A stretch of DNA of 64,000 bases from a bacterium (GTDB lineage: Bacteria; UBA8248; JACPRG01; G963555815). Numbering within the stretch: position 1 is the first letter of the stretch; each line of letters starts with the position of its first letter. The notes under the pieces are model-generated. The model was given only the letters and a program-made list of their open reading frames with translations. It did not search any database and had not been told where the DNA came from. The position numbers and the translations under genes were made by a program. This document shows, one piece after another, positions 32,621 through 43,413 of this stretch. The stretch is taken from positions 832,001-896,000 of the forward strand of contig CBDHDG010000006.1 of assembly GCA_965261595.1 (NCBI GenBank). Direction: 5' to 3'.

Positions 32621-34315
32621 CCCGCATTTCCCATATGGATGATAATTTTTAACGCCCAGAAGGCCGTTTTCTCGTGTAAAATCAAGGTGTTGGCCTCTCC
32701 CTGCCATCATCTTGCGAGGGGACCCGATGGGTGAAGCGAAAAAGAGGCCGTTGAGGCTCCAATTCGACGGTCGGCTCAGGCTGGAGTTTCACGGAGCAAA
32801 GGTTACGAGTGACGCCGGTTTGCTTGCCTATCGTGAACTGGATGAGGTGTTGGGGCTGACGAAGGCGGCCGAGGGGTTTCTGTCCGATTCACGGACGGGC
32901 GGGAACACCCGGCACAGCCTCACCGCTTTGGTGCGCCAGTCGGTCTACAGCCGCCTGGCAGGATATAAAGACACCAATGATGCCGAGCGGCTCTGTGTCG
33001 ATCCCGCCATGCGTCAGGTGGTTGGGGGGCGAGCGAAGTATCACACCGCTGCCTCCACCAGCCAGATGAGCCGATTCGAGACGCAGACCCTCACCCGGCC
33101 CCTTAACCCCTCAAGGCGCTGAGCGGTCTGCCCGGTGTGTTGGTGGATCGTGTCCGCAAACGCAAGCCGATTCGCAAGCTGATCCTGGACATGGACAGTT
33201 CGGTCAGCCCGACCCACGGTGAGCAGGAAGGCTCTTCCTACAACGGCCACTTCGGCTGCACCTGCTATCACCCACTGTTTTGCTTCAACCAGTTTGGCGA
33301 TCTGGAGCGGGCGCTGTTGCGCAACGGCAAGGTCCACAGCGCTGATGACTGGTGGTCTGTATTGGAGCCGGTGGTAGCTCGCTACCGGGATGCGAAGGTC
33401 TGTCGGTTTTTTCGAGGCGACGCGGCATTTGCCAAGCCGGAGGTGTACCGATACCTTGAGGCGGAGGGCTACTCCTATGCGATTCGGCTTCCGGCCAACG
33501 CCATCTTGTACAGGGACATCGAATGCCTTCTGACCCGGCCGGTTGGCCGACCGCCCAAAAGGCCCATTATCTTCTACCACAGCGTCTCCTATCAGGCGGC
33601 TAGTTGGGAGAAGCCTCGCCGGGTGGTGGTGGCGGTCGAGTGGCACCAGGGCGAGTTGTTTCCAAGAGTCAGCTTCATCGTGACCAACCTGCACTGGCGG
33701 GAAGAGAACGTCGTGAGGTTCTACAACCAGCGTGGGACGGCGGAGCAGTGGATCAAGGAGGGCAAGTACGCCCTGAACTGGACGCGCCTGTCCTGCCACG
33801 GCTTTGAAGAGAACCAGGTTCGCTTGCAACTATTTGCCTTGGCGTACAACCTGGCAAACTTCCTGCGGCGGCTGGCGTTGCCCAGAGCGGTGAAGCACTG
33901 GTCGCTGACGACGTTACGCGAGAAGCTGATTAAGATTGGGGCCAAGGTGGTCACCCACGCCCGGCACACCACCTTCCAGATGGCCGAGGTGGCCGTGCCG
34001 CGTCAACTGTTCAGGGCAATCCTTGAACGAATTCGACGGTTGTGGTTACCGCCTCCCGTACCAGATACCGGATGACGGAGCAGATGGCCCGGAAGCTTAG
34101 TGACGTGGTGGAGACGGGGGATCAGTCTGTGCCGAACTCCCCTGAGTCTGCCGGTAGAGCTGGGTTTTCAAGGGATTGCGGCTTTAGGACGGCCGTTGCC
34201 CCTCGATTGAGCAGATGGTTCTGCAAAGAGACCCTGAATCTGTAGTAAAATGGGGTACTTTGATGACACAGGAGGACCGCAGGATGGCTAAGAGTGGTCA
34301 TCTGGGAAATCCCGG
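32621..34315 (+). mobile_element. IS1380-family element copy B (ORFs 32728-33122 and 33137-34075)
   Basis: Near-identical to copy A with the same IRs. Confidence 0.92.
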
Positions 34316-34924
34316 TTTAAATCAAGACAACTCTTGTATTGACCACCCGTTGCTCTTTAACTCAATTAGAGCCCTCTTTACCGGGGCTGTCAACACCATT
34401 TCGGGCGCCTGAAACCCTGATCGGAGCGGTATCCGCCATTGGAAAACCATGTCAGCGCCGGCGTGTAAACGGGCTTGACCACCAGGTTTGGAGTCTTCGT
34501 CATTTTGCCCTTGTGTGGACTCCGCTTAGGGTCGCTAGACAGGCACCGGGCATCATCGCTTGATTCTCTCCAAGATAAGGGCAAATGTCTTCCTGGATAC
34601 ACCGACCTCGGCCAACTGGAAGGTGATGTGGCGGGCGTACCGCACGAGCCGGCCGCCCATTTTGAGGAGCTTAAGCTGAAGGCCGCGTAACGACCAGTGC
34701 TTGATCCCTCTCGGCAGGCCAGCAATCCCGCATCCGAAGTCATTCTGGTTCCGTGAAACTCAAGCCTCAGCCGACGCTCAAAACGGACCTTCAACGCCCA
34801 CTTTTTCGCTTCACCCATTGGATTACCCCGCGAGAGGATGGCTCGGGGAGGCTCATGCATTGATTTTACTCCAGAAAATGTCCTCCGGTCCGACAAAAGT
34901 TATGATCCATATGGGATATCTGGG
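34316..34924 (-). mobile_element. Internally deleted, divergent IS1380-like remnant
   Basis: Left IR variant cccagatatcccatatg; N-terminal [20 protein letters not shown] joined directly to C-terminal KHWSL..HARHITFQLAEV. Confidence 0.8.
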
Positions 34925-35893
34925 CCTACATCTGGCCCTCCGGCGTGCATCCCTACTGCGGGTATTCTACCCGCTTGAGAGAAGTGGCCAAGCACGGGGT
35001 TTCGGAAAGCCGATTCCAGGGCGTATTCGACAAGATTCACACCTGCGGCTATTACCCGGTCTGGCTGGACGGCTACAACGTCGGCGGCAAAACCTTCTTT
35101 AACCTGATTTTCCGGCGCGCCAACGCCCGTTGGCAGGCGCGAATCAATATGACCGGCGCCCGGTATCAAAAAGAATTCAAAAAATGGACAAGGAGCGGGT
35201 ATCGGCCTATCCACGTCGACAGCTATCTGCGCAAAGGCAAAATCAGGTACGCCGCCTTATGGAAAAAGTCCAAGGGCTTCAAGTACACCGCCTATCACGG
35301 GAAAACCGCGAATTCGCATCAGAAGAGCTTCGAAAAACTCACCCGCCGCGGGTATGCGCCGGTCAATGTTTCCAGCGTGGTCGTCCAGGGCCGAAGGGGG
35401 GTCACCGCTCTATATGAGAAGAAGAACGTCGGCGGCTTCCACCTCAAAAGCGAAATGACGCTGAAGCAGTACAACGCTTTCTTCAAACAATACAATAAGC
35501 GGGGTTTCAAGCTGGTTTACCTGAATGGGTTTAACCGAGGGAGCAAACCCCGACTCAGCGGCATCTGGTACAAAAAGGTCCCCTACTCGTCCTACTGGGC
35601 GAAGCACTACCTCAATCGAGCCGGTTACCAAAGGGAATATAATTCCCACACAAAGCGCGGCTATCTCACGCGCGTTGTGACCGGCTACCAGCACCGGGGG
35701 CATCGACTCGAAGGCATCTGGTATAAGGGAGGGACGCTCAGGCAAGCCGCTCATCGTGACGGGGAAACCTTGAGGCGGTCAACCCAAGGGATGGAATCCA
35801 GCCGGGCTTGAACTCGCGCGGCGCGATTCCTCGCTACGCCCGGAATGACACGAACAGCGGTTCCACCAAGCCCGAAAATCGCATTTCAGCGAT

Positions 35894-37114
35894 CTACCAT
35901 GTGTCGGCCAATTCCCAGATGATGCGGGCCACCGCCTTCAGGTTCTTATCGAAACGATCTCCGGCCAGATTCTCCGGCCGGTCGAGCACCGTATGATAAT
36001 AATCGTCGAGCTCGTATAGCCAAGCGACGGGCACGCCCGCTTTATAAAATTCATGGTGGTCGCTGTATGGGTTCGGAGGACAGGCCCACTCGGCCACCGG
36101 GATTTCCTGTTCGGTGACAACCCGCTCGACCAAATCGCGGGTCTCCTCGGTGACGTTGATCGTCGTCCCTCCCGGCGCGGCGCAGATAAACGCGTCCAGG
36201 TTGACCACGGCTTTGGCGCGGCCCATTTCCTCACGATGGCGGGACACATACTCCCGCGCCCCCAGGAACCCGAACTCCTCCGCCGGCAGGGCCAAAAACC
36301 GGACGGTCCGCCGTGCGCGTCTGCCGGAGAAAAATCCGGCGAAATCCAGAAGCGCCCCCGTCCCCGAGGCGTTGTCGGCGGCATGCGGACCCAATCCGTG
36401 GCTGTCGAAATGCGATAGGACGTAGACGACCTCCTCCGGCGCCTCGGTCCCCGGAGCGTCTCCAAACAGGAACTCCGATTTCCGGGACTCGTACGCGCCC
36501 CGCACCTCGATGCGCGCCCGGAGAGCGCCCCCGTCCGCCAACGATTGAAGCTTGCGGCTTTGGGAGGACGTAACGGCGACGGCGGGAACGCGCCCGGGAA
36601 GGCCGGAGAGGTTCGTCACGCCGCCCCGAACGGCTTCCTCCTCGAGCCTTGTCCCCATGATGAACCCGACCGCACGGTTCTCCTCCGCCAGCGGAACGGC
36701 CTGGTATGACTTGAAGGCGTCCGCGAGGACGATCCGGCCGATACAGGACCGGCCCGTGCGCGCCATGTCGTCATAGTCTTCGCGGGCGCCGTCTCCAGCA
36801 TAAACGACGGAGGCCTCGACGCCTCCTTCGGGCGTAAGGGCCGAGAGACCGATTCCCTCACAGGGGATGGAAAAAGACTCGGGGGCCGTTACGGACAGGA
36901 CGACGCTGTCGCACCGGTAACCGAGGTATTCCATTTCCTCCGCTTTGAGATCATGCAGTCCTTGGGCCTGAAATTGGCCGCGGATAAACTCCCGAACCTC
37001 GCGTTCCCCGTCAGACCCCATGAACCGGGGCCCAATCGCGCAAACCTTCTCCATAAAAGAAAAGGCCTGGGATTGATGAGAACCCCAGGCCTTTTCGAAG
37101 GCCGGATTGGCCAA
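35894..37114 (-). CDS. M28 family peptidase with PA domain
   Basis: SHFDS, ADNASG, AEEFG, NLD, SDH, YYHT..D. Confidence 0.88.
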   Translation of the reverse strand: MANPAFEKAWGSHQSQAFSFMEKVCAIGPRFMGSDGEREVREFIRGQFQAQGLHDLKAEEMEYLGYRCDSVVLSVTAPESFSIPCEGIGLSALTPEGGVEASVVYAGDGAREDYDDMARTGRSCIGRIVLADAFKSYQAVPLAEENRAVGFIMGTRLEEEAVRGGVTNLSGLPGRVPAVAVTSSQSRKLQSLADGGALRARIEVRGAYESRKSEFLFGDAPGTEAPEEVVYVLSHFDSHGLGPHAADNASGTGALLDFAGFFSGRRARRTVRFLALPAEEFGFLGAREYVSRHREEMGRAKAVVNLDAFICAAPGGTTINVTEETRDLVERVVTEQEIPVAEWACPPNPYSDHHEFYKAGVPVAWLYELDDYYHTVLDRPENLAGDRFDKNLKAVARIIWELADTW

Positions 37115-37409
37115 AACCGCCCCTCCTACAGAACCCTCTGATTTCTATTCAACCGGCCGCCTGCCCTTACGGGCGAACCGAACATCGCACCCCTTGGGCC
37201 CGCCCGGCTCTGACGGGAAGCCCTTGTTCATGGCCGCCAACGGCCGCCCAGGCGATAAACGCTCGGGACCCACAATGGGTCCCGAGCGCTGTTACCGCGA
37301 TGCGAACAACGGACCAGAAACACTCCACCCTAGGCCCCTCTGAGCCTCGAGTGGCATCCGCTTATTTCTTAACCGAATCTCTATCAAACGGCCCCATTTC
37401 GTCTCATCT

Positions 37410-38486
37410 TTATGATGAGGGAAGAAATTTCATGCTCCAATCGCGCATCTTTTTCCATTGAGCGGGTGTGAGCTTTTCCCCTCCGATGAACTCATTGGTG
37501 TAGATGCTATTGATATCCTTAATGGGGGCCGCGCCCATGTACTTCACAACTCGGTCCAGGCTGTCTTTCACCAAAGACGGCTCCATCCAGCCGATCCCAT
37601 GCTTCTTCGTATGCGATGATACGCTGATGGCTGAAGCTACTCCTAGGCCGGCTTCAATAATCTTTTGGGACAGCTTTCCCTTTCCGTAAATCGGGAGCTC
37701 TCCCATGGTGATTTTAATGGAGTCTTCAGGCTCGAGGAAGGTGTGTTTTATGCCCTTTAACGCCCCTTGCACGAATTTTCGGTAGAGGTTCCGGTCTTTC
37801 TTGAGACGATCGGGCCGGGCCCAGAAGGTCTGATCCAGCATGTCGAGCCCGTGATCCGCGTAGAAGACGAAGTTATATTTGACCCCTCGCCCGATGAGAC
37901 CTGGGGCAAAGGAGACAATATACGTGGATACCGCATCGACCTTGCCAGCCAGAAGTGAAGCATGATAGGCGGCCGGTGAGATCATCAGCCACTTGACTTT
38001 ATTCGCGTCGATTCCGGCTGAGCGGGCAAAGGCGGGAAACAAGGTGTGGCTGCCGCTCCCGGGTGAGGACGCCAGCGACAACCCTTCGATGTCTTTGGCT
38101 GTCTTGAGCGGTGTCTTCTTCAAGGTCGCCACACCCATGGGAGACTTCTGATACCTGGCACCCATCCCGACCAAAGACCCACCTTTGGAGATAACCAGGA
38201 CCGCGGGTCCAAAGCTCGCCTCCCCCACGTCGAACTGTCCGGTCGAGATTTCCTGTGAGGTCTTACTGGAGCCGAATCCCCGGTGAATCTTCACATCCAG
38301 CCCAAGCTTGCGCCAGAACCCCAATTTCCTGGCCACGAGAGCGTAGCAGTACTGACCAGATGGGATCCAGGCCAGGCGGAAGTCGACCTTCCGCATCTTT
38401 TCAGCTCCCGCGTTTGGGATGAAGGCGGGCGCCGTCAGAAGGCTTACGGCAACCGCAGTGCACGTGAGAAGCTTCTTCCATGCCAT
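37410..38486 (-). CDS. ABC transporter substrate-binding protein (NMT1/SsuA-like)
   Basis: Signal peptide; FRLAWIP, GFW..GLDVKIHRGFGS, DIEG, IYTNEF. Confidence 0.8.
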   Translation of the reverse strand: MAWKKLLTCTAVAVSLLTAPAFIPNAGAEKMRKVDFRLAWIPSGQYCYALVARKLGFWRKLGLDVKIHRGFGSSKTSQEISTGQFDVGEASFGPAVLVISKGGSLVGMGARYQKSPMGVATLKKTPLKTAKDIEGLSLASSPGSGSHTLFPAFARSAGIDANKVKWLMISPAAYHASLLAGKVDAVSTYIVSFAPGLIGRGVKYNFVFYADHGLDMLDQTFWARPDRLKKDRNLYRKFVQGALKGIKHTFLEPEDSIKITMGELPIYGKGKLSQKIIEAGLGVASAISVSSHTKKHGIGWMEPSLVKDSLDRVVKYMGAAPIKDINSIYTNEFIGGEKLTPAQWKKMRDWSMKFLPSS

Positions 38487-38512
38487 TGTCCACTTCCTCC
38501 TTATGTTGTGGT

Positions 38513-39826
38513 TTACGATGCGACACCGCACCAGCGCAGAATGATTTGGGCCGACATCTGGATGGTTTGATGGTAAGACTCCAGGTCGACCCACTCGTTC
38601 GGGGCATGCCCGCCCGCCCCCTTCGGCCCGATATTGACCGTCGGCATATTCCCGTAGAGAACCGTCACGCGCGTGTCGCTGCCGACGGGGTTTGCGGCGA
38701 TGATCGGACGCGTCCCCAGAACCTCTGTCATACAGGAATTGACCTCGGCGAGAAAAGGCTCGTCGAGGGCCATCGTTGAAGGCGAAAACCGCAGAGGCAG
38801 CCACTCCAGCTCCGGGGGATGCTCCCTGAGGTACGGGTCCGCATGCGCCGCTCCTTCAATCGTCTCCGTGACGGCCTGACGGACTGACGCTTCGTCTTCG
38901 GTGTGCGGATACGTCAAGATGCACTCGATCGTACACAGGCTCGGGACCTGATAAATCCAGTCCCCCCCTTGGATCTTCGAGATGCAAAGGGTCGTGGCCC
39001 TTTGCGGCAATCCGCTCGCCTCAAAGCAACGCTCCGTCAATTCGTCCCGGACGTGGATGGCCCGAAAATCGTCTAGGTCTTTGAGGTGTTGAATGACCCT
39101 CATGGCCTTCTCGATCGCGTTGATCCCTGTGTGCGCCATTAAACCATGAACCGCCCGGCCGCGCACCCGGACGCGAAACGCGGTCGCGCCGGATGAGGCC
39201 ACCTGTACGAGCCCCGGTTTTCCCCATCCCGGGTGCGGATAGATGCACCCGTCCGCGCGGATCCCTTTCTCGATACAGGCCAGGATCCCGCCGCTTCCGC
39301 CAATCTCCTCTTCGATATTGCTCATGAGGATGACGTCGCCCTTCAGCTTCACCCCCAGCCGGCGGATCGTGTCCACGGCTAGGATGACGGCGGCGAGGCC
39401 CGCCTTCATGTCTTGCGTGCCCCGGCCGTACATCCTTCCATCTTCGATCTCTCCGCCGAACGGGTCGTGGGTCCAATCTTCCAGCGGACCCTCGGGCACC
39501 GTATCGATGTGTCCGAAAAGAAGGAGCGAGCGCCCCCCGCCTGCTCCTTTCAGGACGCCGATGACATTGGGCCGGTCCTGGTAATTTCCGTAATCCTCCG
39601 TGGGCGGGAGAAACTCCGGGTGGTCCTTGAGGACCTCCAGATCGGGGACGAACTCCTCGACATCCAGGTTCATCTCCTGGAATTTCCGAAGAATGTCCCG
39701 CTGGCCCGGCCCCTCCATCCCCGTGTGGCTCTTCAGGCGGATGAGGCCGCGGAGGTACTCCTCGTGAGCGGACCGCTCCGCGTCAACGGCCGCGAGAACC
39801 TTTTCTTCAAGGGGCGACAGGGACAT
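38513..39826 (-). CDS. M20 family ArgE/DapE-like deacylase
   Basis: GHIDTVP, YGRGTQDMKAG, IEEE, GHAPNE. Confidence 0.9.
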   Translation of the reverse strand: MSLSPLEEKVLAAVDAERSAHEEYLRGLIRLKSHTGMEGPGQRDILRKFQEMNLDVEEFVPDLEVLKDHPEFLPPTEDYGNYQDRPNVIGVLKGAGGGRSLLLFGHIDTVPEGPLEDWTHDPFGGEIEDGRMYGRGTQDMKAGLAAVILAVDTIRRLGVKLKGDVILMSNIEEEIGGSGGILACIEKGIRADGCIYPHPGWGKPGLVQVASSGATAFRVRVRGRAVHGLMAHTGINAIEKAMRVIQHLKDLDDFRAIHVRDELTERCFEASGLPQRATTLCISKIQGGDWIYQVPSLCTIECILTYPHTEDEASVRQAVTETIEGAAHADPYLREHPPELEWLPLRFSPSTMALDEPFLAEVNSCMTEVLGTRPIIAANPVGSDTRVTVLYGNMPTVNIGPKGAGGHAPNEWVDLESYHQTIQMSAQIILRWCGVAS

Positions 39827-41517
39827 AAACACCCTTTCTTGAAATCTTGTGGAGATACGAGGCCGATCCCCCGGGCCCGATAAACCGCTTCCCCCTCATC
39901 GACTTCAGTTGTCCAGTCTTAGGATCGAAGCTAATGGACCGGTGCTCCGTTGTCAAGCAGATGTAGACGGATGAGGGATCAGATGATGAAATTCGGCGGC
40001 GTCAAGGTGAAGGTCCCTTTAAAGGTAAAGGTCCCTTTAAGGGAAGAGTCCCCCGCTCTAGGGTTTTGTTGGACACTCGATTGATCCATGATTCATGGAG
40101 AAAGGGGTGTCGCGATGAACGAACAAAAGCAAGAGGGGGCTTTGGCGGAGGGCGCCCGTAGGGCGAACGGAGCCAAGGCCCCAGGGCATCGCAGTGAGCG
40201 GGGTCGGTTCTCCTGCCAGCGCAAGCGGGAGGCGGTCCTGCGTCTTTTGCGGGGCGAGAGCCTGGAGACGCTCTGCCGCGAGTTGGGCACGACAGCGGCT
40301 CGGCTTTCCGCCTGGCGCGAGGCGTTCCTTCGCGGGGGCGAGGCGGCGCTCAAAGCCCGCCCGGCGGATGAGCGGGACGAGGAGAACGCCCGGCTCAAGG
40401 CCAAGGTGGGCGAACTCACGATGGAGGGCGAGGTCCTGCGGGAGAAGATCGACCGCCTGGAGGCCGGCCGCCCTTTAGCCGGCAGGAGGTGGAGGCGATG
40501 AGTCAGGCCCGCTTCACCTCCACGGGCAGAGCCTACGGCCTGAAGCGGGTGTGCGCCCTTTGGGGCTTGGCGCGCTCCACGGTCTACGCGCAACGGCGGC
40601 AAGAGGCGGTCCCCGTTCATGAACGCCCCACGCCCAATAAGCGCGGCCCTGTGGGCCCGTGCACCGATGCGGAACTCCTCGGCCACATCCGGCAGGTCCT
40701 GGAGGACTCTCCCTTCCATGGCGAGGGCTACCGCAAGGTGTGGGCGAGGCTGCGCTTCGCGGGCATCCGCACCAGCAAGGAGCGGGTGCGTCGCCTGATG
40801 CGGGAGGCGGGGCTTCAGGCCCCCCACCGGGTGGGCAAACCCCGAGGTCCCAAGGCCCACAACGGGACCATCCGCACCGAGCGGCCCGACCGAATGTGGG
40901 GCACGCACATGACGACGACGGTGACCACCGATGAGGGGATGGCCTCGGTGTTCGTGGCGGTGGATCACTGCTCGGTGGACTGCGTGGGGATCCATGCGGC
41001 CAAGAGCGGCAACCGCTTCGAGGCCCTGGAGCCGATCCGGCAGGGGGTCGCCGAGCGCTTCGCCGGCTTGGAGGCGGACGTCGCCGAGGGGCTTAAAGTT
41101 CGTCATGACCACGGCCCCGCCTATCTGTCCGATGACTTTCAGCGGGAGATCGCCTACCTGGGCATGACCAGTTCGCCCAGCTTCGTGCGGGCGCCCGAGG
41201 GAAATGGCTACTGTGAGTGGTTCATCCGCATCTTGAAGGAGAATCTCCTGTGGGTGCGCTCTTTCGCCACCGTAGAGGAACTGCGGTGGGCGCTGCTTGA
41301 GTTCAAGAACCCGTGATTATGCCCTTGACGCAGTAAGACACAAGATATGGTGGTCCCTCGAAAATTGAATCCGACCCACTACATGTGGTATATGGAACTT
41401 CAAAGGGTGGAAGCCCCGAGGGAACCCCGGGGCGTTGCTACAAGAGAGGACCTCACAGACCCTCCTTGTAGCAAATCCCCAAGCCCGTGTCAACCTCGAT
41501 TTTCTGGGGGTCTGCCC

Positions 41518-41868
41518 ATGCGTACTATCGGCGGTTGCATACTTACAACTGCCCTCATCGCATCTTCCGCCGTCATGGCTGGAGAATCCAACAAGGCCTG
41601 TTTTATCGGAAAAGGTGCGGTGTACAGCCCCGCTTATGTGGATTTGGAACGAAGAAAACTCATACTTCGCATGTTGGACGATCGCGATTTGGTAGCTTTG
41701 TATAAACTTGGATACCGAAACGCAAAGGAGAAATGGCGTATTTTCATGGTGAGTGAGCATCCAAAAGGATTCCAATACCTGAAGAGCATCCCTGGCTCTA
41801 CGACTTTCCGTTTTGAAGGGGAATTCAAGGTTTTTGAGACGTTGTGCGAGTTCATCTCGTGCAAATAG
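41518..41868 (+). CDS. Hypothetical small secreted protein (cassette ORF1)
   Basis: Signal-peptide-like N-terminus; paralogous to 41962-42249. Confidence 0.7.
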   Translation: MRTIGGCILTTALIASSAVMAGESNKACFIGKGAVYSPAYVDLERRKLILRMLDDRDLVALYKLGYRNAKEKWRIFMVSEHPKGFQYLKSIPGSTTFRFEGEFKVFETLCEFISCK

Positions 41869-41961
41869 GTGGAAAATAAGATTTACAAGTGCAGCGCCAG
41901 GGGATCCCGCCCCTGGCGCTGCGGTTCCATCACCACCCAACCTTGAAGGAGGACTGGGGCA

Positions 41962-42249
41962 ATGGAAGCAAAATGCTTTCTTAAGGAAAAGGCTTTTAGC
42001 CGACCCGCCTATGTCTCCCCGAGAAAACTTAAACTGCTGGTGCAGGTTCTTCAGGACAGAGACTACTTGGCCGTAGAGAGACTTGGAGGAAGATTCAACA
42101 AAAAGCGGAGGCGTGTATTTTTTGTCAGGAAACACCCGCCCCAACATAGGTATCTCAATAGTCCCAAACTTGAGAAGGTGATATTCAGGTTTGCCGGTGA
42201 ATTTGAAGTGAGGATTGCATCGGCGCAACAGGACATCGCGTGTGAATAA
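41962..42249 (+). CDS. Hypothetical protein (cassette ORF2), paralog of ORF1 without a signal peptide
   Basis: aggagg RBS; shares CF..A..PAYV..KL..L.DRD..A..LG.R..HP..YL.S..FRF.GEF.V..C. Confidence 0.7.
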   Translation: MEAKCFLKEKAFSRPAYVSPRKLKLLVQVLQDRDYLAVERLGGRFNKKRRRVFFVRKHPPQHRYLNSPKLEKVIFRFAGEFEVRIASAQQDIACE

Positions 42250-42318
42250 GTGCCACGGCTGGGGTATACGGCCCCAGCCGTGGCGTTCCATTAACCCGCA
42301 GCTTGGAGAGCCCAGGCA

Positions 42319-42534
42319 ATGGAATTTAGATATGAAGGATTTGACGTTTTTGGATGGTTCATCTCCGAAGCAGCCTCTAGGGTTATTGATCTTCTCTTCT
42401 ATGCGGGTTTCTACTTGATGGGGATAAGGAATAAGAAACCGCCGAAGAAACGCATCCCACTCGAAATTCGGGGCTCTTACGTCGGGCCACCAGCCATCAT
42501 CAATGGGAGGATATGTGGTTCCACGGGTCCCTAA
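42319..42534 (+). CDS. Hypothetical small protein (cassette ORF3)
   Basis: Preceded by the same structured leader as ORF2; hydrophobic stretch then a basic tail. Confidence 0.45.
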   Translation: MEFRYEGFDVFGWFISEAASRVIDLLFYAGFYLMGIRNKKPPKKRIPLEIRGSYVGPPAIINGRICGSTGP

Positions 42535-43041
42535 AAGTGACCCCCTCCTGTTGGATAACCACAACATGTAGTGTCTCAAAATCGCACCTATATCTTGTGT
42601 CTTACTGCGTCAAAGGCATAATCACGCAAGAACCTGTATAACCATCATTGGATTCTCGAGGGCTACGGCTACCGAACGCCGGCCCAGGCAAGGCAGGAAA
42701 AACTCGCTCAAGTTGCGGAGGCCGCATGAGGTCGAATACCCTCACCCGAGTGTCCAATAACCCAGGGGCGGTCCAAGAGAAGGGAAAGTTTAGACCATAA
42801 TGCGCAATCAAATGAATCGGCTGATCGCCGCGCAGTTCATAAATCAAGCATGCTTCCCCTTCCGATGGAGTAGAATTCCTCTCCGGACAAGGATTCACCG
42901 CTTTTCGTAAATCCCGAACATGCGGGCGGACAATCCATCATCAGAACAGCGGGAGGGTTAAACAAAGGTCATCTCGGGAAATCTCTGTTTCGTTGTCTAA
43001 ATCACGCCTTAAAAGGGATGATGAAGCGCGAGGAGGGAAAA

Positions 43042-43413
43042 ATGAAGAAAACCGGTGTTGGGCTGTTACTCGCACTGCTTCTCAGCCTTGGGTTTATTTC
43101 CAGCGCCGAGAGCGCAAAGACATCCGTCGCCGGCTGCGTGAACACCGTTTGCCATGCCTGGTCCTCCGACGGGGATTTGACCCTGATGTTTTGGGTGAAT
43201 AAGACGCGGTTTGTCATCAATCCGAACCGCATCAAACAAAATCGAATCTCAAGCCCCGCCAAGCTGACTCGCGGCCAACTGGCTGAATGGGAACCCATTT
43301 TGGAAGAGCTCCGAATGGCCATCGCGCGCAAAGCGGACGTCAGGGTCTGGTATGACAATTCGTCAAAGTGGGTGACCGATCTCAGGATTCGGTTTCAAAA
43401 GCGGTGCAGGTAG
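43042..43413 (+). CDS. Hypothetical secreted protein
   Basis: ggagg RBS; MKK plus hydrophobic core plus AESA signal. Confidence 0.7.
   Translation: MKKTGVGLLLALLLSLGFISSAESAKTSVAGCVNTVCHAWSSDGDLTLMFWVNKTRFVINPNRIKQNRISSPAKLTRGQLAEWEPILEELRMAIARKADVRVWYDNSSKWVTDLRIRFQKRCR

Larger units (their letters stand above)
31293..35811 (+). pseudogene. Secreted M23 peptidase plus BTRD1 (polyglycine-hydrolase-like) repeat protein, interrupted by the IS1380 unit 32621-34924
   Basis: M23 motifs YAHF..GDFLGLAGNSGNSTAPHLH; C-terminal repeats such as WQAR..YQKEF..GYRP..YAALW. Removing the insert restores GKRSY|IWPSGVHPYC. Poly-C frameshift near 31325. Confidence 0.85.
41312..42626. mobile_element. Non-autonomous TIR cassette (IS1595-like ends) with passenger ORFs, 8-bp TSD caagaacc
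   Basis: 37-bp TIR cgtgattatgcc(c/t)ttgacgcagtaagacacaagatat; TSD at 41304-41311 and 42627-42634; no transposase motif inside. Confidence 0.9.
40049..42775 (+). mobile_element. IS3-family element copy 3, 4-bp TSD agag, orfB interrupted by a 1315-bp cassette
   Basis: agag at 40045-40048 and 42776-42779; IS sequence resumes at 42627. Confidence 0.93.

Noticed and set aside
39983..40048. Tiny ORF MMKFGGVKVKVPLKVKVPLRE.. with an aaggtccctttaa duplication at the IS3 target
   Set aside because: Too short, with no supporting homology; may be a local duplication only
41317..42579. 420-aa antisense ORF spanning the cassette, as a possible transposase
   Set aside because: No DDE or Zn-finger motifs. 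It is in codon register with the three sense ORFs, so avoidance of TTA/CTA/TCA codons can explain the lack of stops
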